DNA of 64,000 bases, taken from an uncultured Alphaproteobacteria bacterium (GTDB lineage Bacteria > Pseudomonadota > Alphaproteobacteria > Rhodobacterales > Rhodobacteraceae). Positions 56,205 through 64,000 of the stretch are shown here, one piece after another. Each line of letters begins with the position of its first letter. Position 1 is the first letter of the stretch. The stretch covers positions 92,272-156,271 of the forward strand of contig CAVRIG010000011.1 of the NCBI GenBank assembly GCA_963721175.1, written 5' to 3'. The notes under the pieces are model-generated. The model searched no databases. It was not told where the DNA came from and saw only the letters and a list, made by a program, of their open reading frames with translations. A program made the translations under genes and the position numbers.

Positions 56205-57633
56205 TCATTGCGCCGGCGGCCGCCGGTCCGCCCAGGGCATGGCCCGCTCGAGCTCCGCCGAGAGGGAGAGAAGCCGCGCCTCGTCCCCGCGCCGGGCGAT
56301 CAGCTGGATGCCGGCGGGCATTCCGTCCGCTTCCCCCAAGGGCAGGGAGATCGCCGGCTGACCAGACATGTTGAAAGGCGACATGAACACGGCGTCGCTC
56401 CAGAGCGCGTTGTAAGCGTCTAGATCGGTCAGGTTCATGTCGTAGTACCCCACCGGCCGCGGCGGCTGCGTCAGCACCGGTGTGACCGTGATATCGAAGC
56501 GGTCGAGATCCTGCGCCACGGACCGGCCGATCTGGCGCACCGCCTCGATCCGGGTGGCATGGTCGATGGCGGAAGAATTGCGCCCCCGCTCGATGATCGC
56601 CCAGGTCACCGGCTCGACATCCTCGGGCGTGACGGGGCGGCCGATGACTGTCTCCAGAAAGCCGAACATCGCCGCCGTCTCCGTGCAGGTCATGTCGGTG
56701 TAGGTCTTCCAGTTCGCCTCCGCGCCGTAATCCATTGCATGATCTTGGATCTCATGGCCCATGTCGGAGAGCACGCCGGACACCTGTTCCAGCAATGCGA
56801 GGATTTCCGGATGGATCGCCCGACCGTCGGGCGATTGCGACACGACGCCGATCTTCAGCGGTTCAGGTGGCTGCGAAAGCACGTCGAGATACGGCCGCTC
56901 CGGCGGCGCGATCCAGTAGGGGTCGCCCGGCAGTGCCCCGCTGATGACATCGAGATACGCCGCGGTGTCGCGCACTGTGCGGGAATTGCAGAGGAAATAC
57001 GCGCACCCCGCCCAGTAGTCGGCGAAGGGTGCCAGCGTGACACGGCCGCGCGAGGGTTTCAGCCCCACGACGCCGCAGCAGGAAGCCGGCACCCGGATCG
57101 AGCCGGCGCCGTCGCTGGCCTCGCCGATCGGTAACATGCCGGACGCCACTGCCGCGGCGGTGCCGCCGCTCGACCCGCCGGCCGTCCGCTCCGGGTTCCA
57201 GGGATTGACCGTCGGGCCATAAAGGACCGGCTCCGTCGTGATGCTCCAGCCATTCTCGGGCGCGTTCGATTTCCCAAGCAGCAGCAACCCGCCGGCCCGC
57301 AGCCTGCGGCTGATCTCGCTGTCGGCCTCGGCCACGCTGTCTTTCAGGAAGCGGCAGGAGTTGGTCAGCGGCGCGCCTTTCCAGGAGGACGCCAGTTCCT
57401 TGAGCACGAACGGCACCCCGGCCAGCGGTCCGGCGCCCGGCTCCACATTCTCCGCCGCGTCACGACCCATGTCGTAGAGCTTGTAAATCACCGCGTTGAG
57501 CGTTGGGTTCATCTCCTCGATCGCACGGACGCCTGCCTCCACGAGCTCCAGAGGCGTGACTTCGCCGTCGGCGGACCAGCTCCGCCAATCCGACTGCGTC
57601 CGTTGTGCGATAGGTGGTGTCGATATTCGCCAT
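56205..57633 (-). CDS. amidase-signature family amidase; indel near 57570
   Basis: GPLAGVPFVLKE, GGSSGG, SDGAGSIRVPAS. Confidence 0.9.
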
Positions 57634-57636
57634 CCG

Positions 57637-58718
57637 TCAATCGAGCGCGATCGCGCGCTCCTCCTTGATGCTCTGTTCGGCGGCCAGCACGATGCGCAGC
57701 GAATTCACCGCGGCGTCCATCGACTCCGACAGGTCGAGATCCTCGCGGATGGCTTTCAGGAAGAATTCCTGCTCCCGGTCGCACAACTCCTGGTGACCCG
57801 GCTCATCCTCCATCGAGGTGAGCTCGTCCGCCTTCGCGAAGTTCTTGTTCTCATCGACATCCGCATGGTGATAGCGGATCGCATCGGTCTTGGTGTGCTT
57901 GTCGATATCGGCGCTGTTCGACAGCTTGCCTGTGTCCTGCGCGCGCTCTCGTTCGGGACGAGGGACACCGACCCCTTCGGACCCACGATATCCTTCACGA
58001 AAAACGCGGTTTCGGACATCATCGGCCCCCATCCGGCCTCGTACCAGCCGACGGAGCCGTCGTCGAAGGTGACGTGCAGATGGCCGTAATTCTGCTTGTC
58101 GGCCTCTGCCCAGAGAGCGGCGCCGATGCCGTGCACCCGGACCGGTTTCGCCTCGGTCAGCTGGCACATGACGTCGACGTAATGTACGCCGCAATCGACG
58201 ATCGGGATCAGGCTGTCGATCAGGTTCTTGTGCCAGAACCAGGCATCGCCGGAGGACTGCTGGTTGAGGTTCAGCCGCATCACGAGCGGCTTGCCCAGCG
58301 TCTTGCCAAGCTCCACGAACCGGATCCAGGACGGATGGACGCGCAGGATGTAGCCCAGAACAAGCTTGCGGTTCCTCTCGCGCGCCTTGGCCACGACCGC
58401 CTCGGCCTCGTCGTTCGTGGTGCCGATCGGCTTTTCCATGAACACATGCGCGCCCGCATCCATCGCCTTGATCGCGAAATCGGCATGGGTGTTCGGCCAG
58501 GTGTTGATCGACACCGCGTCGGGCTTCAGCTCGGCCAGCGCCGCCTCGTAATCCTCGAAGAGCGGATAGCCTGCGAGGTCGTCCGGCACCTCCTTCGATC
58601 TGATCGTGCGCGAACAGAGGCCGACGATCTCGAACCCGTCCATCCGGTGATAGGCGCTGGCATGGGACGCGCCCATGTTTCCAAGCCCGACGACAAGTAT
58701 GCGAACAGGATCGCTCAT
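57637..58718 (-). CDS. Gfo/Idh/MocA oxidoreductase; indel near 57945
   Basis: GLGNMG Rossmann, MEKP, DCGVHY. Confidence 0.88.
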
Positions 58719-58782
58719 CACTGGTCCTCCCCTCTTTTGAGTGGCCATCTGGGCGGCGGCGGCCGCCGCCCGTGGCGTGGTG

Positions 58783-59944
58783 TCAGATCGACTGATCGAA
58801 CATCGACGCGCGCAGCGCCTCGACGTCGACGGCGGCAAGGTCTTCACTCGACCTCGGCGGCCTCCGCTTCGGCCTTGACCGTCCTCGTGGTCGAAATCGT
58901 TCGCCGCCGGGATCAATTCGTTGGTGCAGACCTCCGCCGGCGTCGATCGGCGTCGCGAATTCTGGCCGATCTCGAGCCGAGAGATCGAAGAACTGCTGCC
59001 AGCTCGCCATGTCGTGCCAGCCCCAGCCCTCGCGCGCTTGCCATGTCGCCGCGGAAGACGTTCATCTGCTGGATGATCGACATCAGCCCGAGCTCCGGGC
59101 CGAGGTTGGAGGCAAGCGTCGGGAACTGCTCGAACACCGCCTGCACGGCCGCCGCCGGATTGTGCTCGGCGAATTCGAGGCCCATGGCCCATCCGCGCAG
59201 GTACTGCTCGAGGAACGCCTTGCTTGTCGGGATCCTCGAGGTCGGCGGCCCGCACCACGAAGGTGTTGGCCGGCAACGGCGAGTTCTGGACGCCCAGCCA
59301 GTACTCGAATTCGAGCCCGGTGGAGATCCATTCCGCCCGCAGCCCTTCCCACGAGAGCGCGGCGTCGCCCTGACCCGCGGCCAGCGCGGTACCCCAGGTC
59401 GGCCAGCCGGCCTCGATGATAGGTCGATGGTCGAAATGTCGACGCCCTGCGCGGCCAGCATCGGATCGACGATCGGCTGCCATGCGGCGGAGCCCAGGAG
59501 GATGGTCTTGCCTTCGAGCTCCTTGATGTCAGACGGGCCCTCGCCCTTGCGGAACGCGAGGCTGAACGTGTCGAGTGCGCCCATGTGGAACACGGATTTC
59601 AGATCCATCCCGTTCTCGATGGCGAAGGAGAAGACGCCGGGGCTCGGGAAGCCCATGTCCGCCTGGCCGACGTCGACGAACTTGACGGTCGCCGTGCCGT
59701 CCGAGGGGCCAGGCTGCATCTCGACATCGAGCCCTTCGAAATAGCCCATCTTCTTGCCGATCCAGTAGGCGTAGTCGTCGAGGACCTCCAGCGTTCCGCG
59801 GGGCGAGATCCAGGTAAAAGTCCCGTCATAGGGTTCGGCAAGCGACCGCGGCACGCCCAGGCCGGACACGACCACTCCGCCCGCAGTCACCTGGAGCAGC
59901 CTGCGCCGCGTCAGGCCCGAATTCGAGTTCCATTCCATATTCAT
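58783..59944 (-). CDS. SsuA/THI5-like ABC substrate-binding protein with Tat signal; several indels
   Basis: TRRRLL twin-arginine signal, GYFEGLDVE, IKELEGKTI, CTNELI tail. Confidence 0.8.
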
Positions 59945-59988
59945 GTCTCCCTGGTGGATATTGATTTTCTGTTCCGGGTCAGGCCGCC

Positions 59989-60810
59989 TCAGGCCTCCCA
60001 GCTTGCCCATTTCTTGCCGATGAGAAAAAACGTCATGTAGATCAGGATCCCGAGCGCCGAGAGGATCAGGACCACGCCGAAAAATTGCGGCATCCGGATC
60101 ATCGAGGAATAGGTCGTCAGCCGGTTGCCCAGCCCGAAGCCGCCGCCGACCATCTCTGCGCCGACCGCTGTCAGCAGCCCGAAGATCGCCCCGATCATCA
60201 GCCCGACGAGGATCATCGGCAACGCCATGGGTGCGCGGATCTTCCAGAAGATCTGCAGCGTGCTGGCACCGTAAGACCGCGCGAGCGCGATCTTTTGGGA
60301 ATCGACACGCCGAAACCCCGTGGCGGAATTGATCATGACCATCGGCCCGGAGGCCAGCGCCACCGCGATGATCCGGGGCTCGTAGCCGAAGCCCAGCCGC
60401 AGGATCAGGAGCGGGACCAGCGCCAGCATCGGCGTGGTCACGAGGATCAGGACGTAGGGTGCGATGATCTTTTCCGCGAACGGAAACTGTGTGATGACCG
60501 CCGCCAGAACAATGCCGACTCCGGCCCCGATCGCGAAGCCCGAGAAGAGGACCACCAGCGTGTGCCCCAGATGCGGCAGGATCAGCGGAAAGTCCTTCAC
60601 CAGCGCCACCGCGATGACCGAGGGTGGCGGCAGGATGTAGTGGGGCACCTCGAAGATCCGCAGGGCGAGTTCCATCCCGCCGATCACGATGACCGCGGTC
60701 GCGATGATCGCGAGGATCTCCAGCCGCGTGCGCGCCCCGGAGGCGAAGGACGAGAGCGACTGGAACCCCTTCCCGACATTCGATCCGAAGCTTCTCTTGT
60801 CCTCGCTCAT
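59989..60810 (-). CDS. NitT/TauT-type ABC permease
   Basis: ILPPPS, ARSYGAS...PMALP EAA region, GAEM. Confidence 0.9.
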   Translation of the reverse strand: MSEDKRSFGSNVGKGFQSLSSFASGARTRLEILAIIATAVIVIGGMELALRIFEVPHYILPPPSVIAVALVKDFPLILPHLGHTLVVLFSGFAIGAGVGIVLAAVITQFPFAEKIIAPYVLILVTTPMLALVPLLILRLGFGYEPRIIAVALASGPMVMINSATGFRRVDSQKIALARSYGASTLQIFWKIRAPMALPMILVGLMIGAIFGLLTAVGAEMVGGGFGLGNRLTTYSSMIRMPQFFGVVLILSALGILIYMTFFLIGKKWASWEA

Positions 60811-60814
60811 CGCC

Positions 60815-61599
<785 letters not shown>

Positions 61600-61652
61600 G
61601 AAATGGCGCCCCCTTTCCGCGTTGGCAAAGACCGTGCCAACTCGGTCCTCAA

Positions 61653-61681
61653 ACTGTGTAACTCACTTACATTTCTGTCAA
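61653..61681 (-). promoter_or_regulatory. promoter of the ABC operon with an RpiR/HexR-type operator in the spacer
   Basis: TTGACA (61676-61681), 17 bp, CACAGT; palindrome TGTAA-CTCAC-TTACA at 61657-61671. Confidence 0.7.
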
Positions 61682-61791
61682 GTTTGATGGACGTGTGATG
61701 CCCTATCCAACAAAACATGGACAACAAACTTCATCTTGTGTGTAATAAACCTAATCAAGTCGCAAGACTGCGTTTCACGAAGGACCGGCGC

Positions 61792-62706
61792 ATGGCAGTG
61801 ACGAAAGAGGCCGCACCGAACGGCGACCGGCGTCCGGACATCATCGGCAAGATCAAGGACACCTATTCCGAGCTTCGCCCGGCGGAGCAATCGGTGGCTG
61901 ACACCGTTCTCGCCGACGTGCAGGAGGCGGTGCGCGCCAGCAATGGCGATATCGCAGCGCGGGCGGGTGTCAGTCAGCCGACCGTCACCCGCTTTTGCCG
62001 GTCGATCGGATGCGAAGGGGTGCGGGATTTCAAGCTGCAACTCGCGCAGTCATTGGCCGTCGGCGAGGCGTTCCTGACCGCCGAGACGCCGGAGACGGCA
62101 CCGGGCGAGTTGCCGCCTTTCTGGGTCTCGGTCCTGGGCGAGGCGCGTGCAGCAATTCGCGAGGTCGAACGGCAGGTGGCACCCGGTGACGTGCTGAAGG
62201 CGGCCGAGGCGCTGGCGAATTCGGGGCGCGTCGCGAGTTTCGGTGTCGGCGGCTCTTCGGCATCGCTTGCACTCGAGGCGCAGGTGCGGCTCTTCCGGTA
62301 CGGCCTTGCCGTCGATGTCTGCCGCGAGCCTTACGTGGCGCGCATGACCGCGGCCATCCTGAAGCCCGGGGACGTGTTCCTGGCGATCTCCGCCACCGGC
62401 CGCACGCCGGAGGTGATCGAGGCGGTGGAGATCGCCAACCGCTACGGTGCGACGACCATCGCGATCACGCGCCCGGAGTCGCCGCTTTCCACGAGCGCGT
62501 CGATCGCGCTGGTGGTCCGGATCGGGGAATATCCCGATGCGCTGACGCCCTCGGCCTCGCGCTTCGCCTTCCTCGCGATCCTCGACGTGGTGGCCGCCGG
62601 CGCCGGCTACCGCCTGGGGCCGCAGGCGCGGGAGAACCTCCGGCGGATCAAGTTCAACATCATGCACGCAAGGCCGAGCGAAACGCTCGAACCATTGGGG
62701 GACTGA
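61792..62706 (+). CDS. MurR/RpiR family transcriptional regulator
   Basis: VSQPTVTRFCRSIG HTH; FGVGGS and ISATGRT SIS domain. Confidence 0.92.
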   Translation: MAVTKEAAPNGDRRPDIIGKIKDTYSELRPAEQSVADTVLADVQEAVRASNGDIAARAGVSQPTVTRFCRSIGCEGVRDFKLQLAQSLAVGEAFLTAETPETAPGELPPFWVSVLGEARAAIREVERQVAPGDVLKAAEALANSGRVASFGVGGSSASLALEAQVRLFRYGLAVDVCREPYVARMTAAILKPGDVFLAISATGRTPEVIEAVEIANRYGATTIAITRPESPLSTSASIALVVRIGEYPDALTPSASRFAFLAILDVVAAGAGYRLGPQARENLRRIKFNIMHARPSETLEPLGD

Positions 62707-62716
62707 CGTGACGGGG

Positions 62717-64000
62717 ATGGACCGGGAGATCGACGGCTGGCTGGAAGCCTTCGAGGCGGCACTCAGCGCCGGCGATGCGAATGCCGCAGTTGAGTTGTTC
62801 GAACCGGACGGTTTCTGGCGCGATCTCTTGAGCTTCACCTGGAACATCCGCACCATGGAAGGCCGCGACGCCATCGCGGACATGCTGGGCGCCTGCCTCG
62901 CACGCACCGCGCCCACCGGCTGGCGCCGCCAAGGACCTGCGGAAAAGACCGAGGACGGCACTGCGGCCTGGATCTTGTTCGAGACGGGCACGGGCCCGTG
63001 CCGTGGCAGGGTCAACGTCCGAGACGGGCTGTGTCACATCCTGCTGACCGCGCTCGACGACCTGAAGGGCCATGAGGAGCCGCGCGGCCGCAATCGCCCC
63101 ATGGGCCTCGTGCACAGGGCCGGGCGCAACCGCACCACCTGGGCCGAAGCGCGGGCCGAGACTGTCCGGAAGCTCGGCTCCGAAGACCAGCCCGAGGTCC
63201 TGATTGTCGGCGGCGGCCAGGGCGGCGTGGCGCTGGCCGCGCGTCTCAAGCAGCTGGGCGTGCCCGCCCTCATCGTGGAGAGGAACGCCCGGATCGGCGA
63301 CAGCTGGCGGAACCGCTACCGCAGCCTCGTGCTGCATGATCCGGTCTGGTACGACCATCTCCCCTACCTGCCGTTCCCGGAGACGTGGCCGGTCTTCTGC
63401 CCGAAGGACAAGATCGGAGACTGGCTGGAAGCCTATGCGCTGATCTTCGAACTCGACGCCTGGACCTCCACCGACTGCAGGCAGGCGCACTGGGACGAGG
63501 CGGCCAAACGGTGGAGCGTGACCGTCGACCGCGCCGGCGAAGACGTCACGATCACGCCGCGGCAACTGGTTTTCTGCACCGGCGCCTACGGCCCGCCGCG
63601 CCAACCCGACTTCCCCGGACAGGAGCACTTCGCGGGCACCATCCTGCACTCGGCGCATTACCAGTCAGGCGACGATTGGTCGGGCAAGCGCGCGCTGGTC
63701 GTGGGCGCCGGCAGTTCCGCCCATGACGTCGCCGTTGATCTCTGGGAAGCCGGCGCCGAGGTCACCATGTGCCAGCGCCGCCCCTCGATCGTCGTGCGCT
63801 CGGAAACGCTGATGAAACACGGCTTCGACATCTATTCCGAAGACGCGGTCGAAAACGGGATCACGACTGAAATGGCCGACATGCTGTTGGCCGCGACGCC
63901 GTTTGCGCTGCTGGCCGACAAGCACAAGCGCATCCACGACGTGATCCGGCGCGAGGACGCGGCCTTCTACGACAGGCTCGCCGACGCCGGGTTCGACTTC
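62717..64000 (+). CDS. type II flavin-containing monooxygenase with N-terminal extension (runs off window; absent from ORF track)
   Basis: Manual translation: FWRDLLSFTWN, IVGGGQGG, WRNRYRSLVLHDP, FAGTILHSAHY (FxGxxxHxxxY), VVGAGSSAHD. Confidence 0.9.
   Translation, partial: MDREIDGWLEAFEAALSAGDANAAVELFEPDGFWRDLLSFTWNIRTMEGRDAIADMLGACLARTAPTGWRRQGPAEKTEDGTAAWILFETGTGPCRGRVNVRDGLCHILLTALDDLKGHEEPRGRNRPMGLVHRAGRNRTTWAEARAETVRKLGSEDQPEVLIVGGGQGGVALAARLKQLGVPALIVERNARIGDSWRNRYRSLVLHDPVWYDHLPYLPFPETWPVFCPKDKIGDWLEAYALIFELDAWTSTDCRQAHWDEAAKRWSVTVDRAGEDVTITPRQLVFCTGAYGPPRQPDFPGQEHFAGTILHSAHYQSGDDWSGKRALVVGAGSSAHDVAVDLWEAGAEVTMCQRRPSIVVRSETLMKHGFDIYSEDAVENGITTEMADMLLAATPFALLADKHKRIHDVIRREDAAFYDRLADAGFDF

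Overview
High-GC alphaproteobacterial chromosome window; gene content and order point to Rhodobacteraceae/Roseobacter group (inference). Positions 1-46.9 kb are mostly core metabolism: tdk, FabH-like, carB, cfa, BciB-like reductase, NAD kinase, glyA, prpE, maeB, cdd-deoA-deoB-upp, acyl-CoA ligase, aminotransferase, rimO, PMM/PGM, kdsA and arsR-arsP-like. Small accessory patches include an IS110 remnant with an intact 3' non-coding end (bridge-RNA candidate), an orphan tri-heme cytochrome c, and an SCO plus two paralogous CxxxC secreted proteins. At 47118-47161 the displaced 3' half of tRNA-Gly(GCC) marks the border of an integrative element. Inside it are an integrase stub, an IS3 carrying two inverted left ends, decayed lambda-like terminase/portal/ClpP genes cut by IS1182 and IS21, and an RpiR-controlled catabolic cluster of unknown substrate (ABC transporter, Gfo/Idh/MocA, amidase, metallo-deacylase, unknown TIM-barrel-like protein, type II FMO). 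Many apparent frameshifts, including in housekeeping genes, indicate long-read indel errors. All calls come from motif recognition only; no database searches were run.
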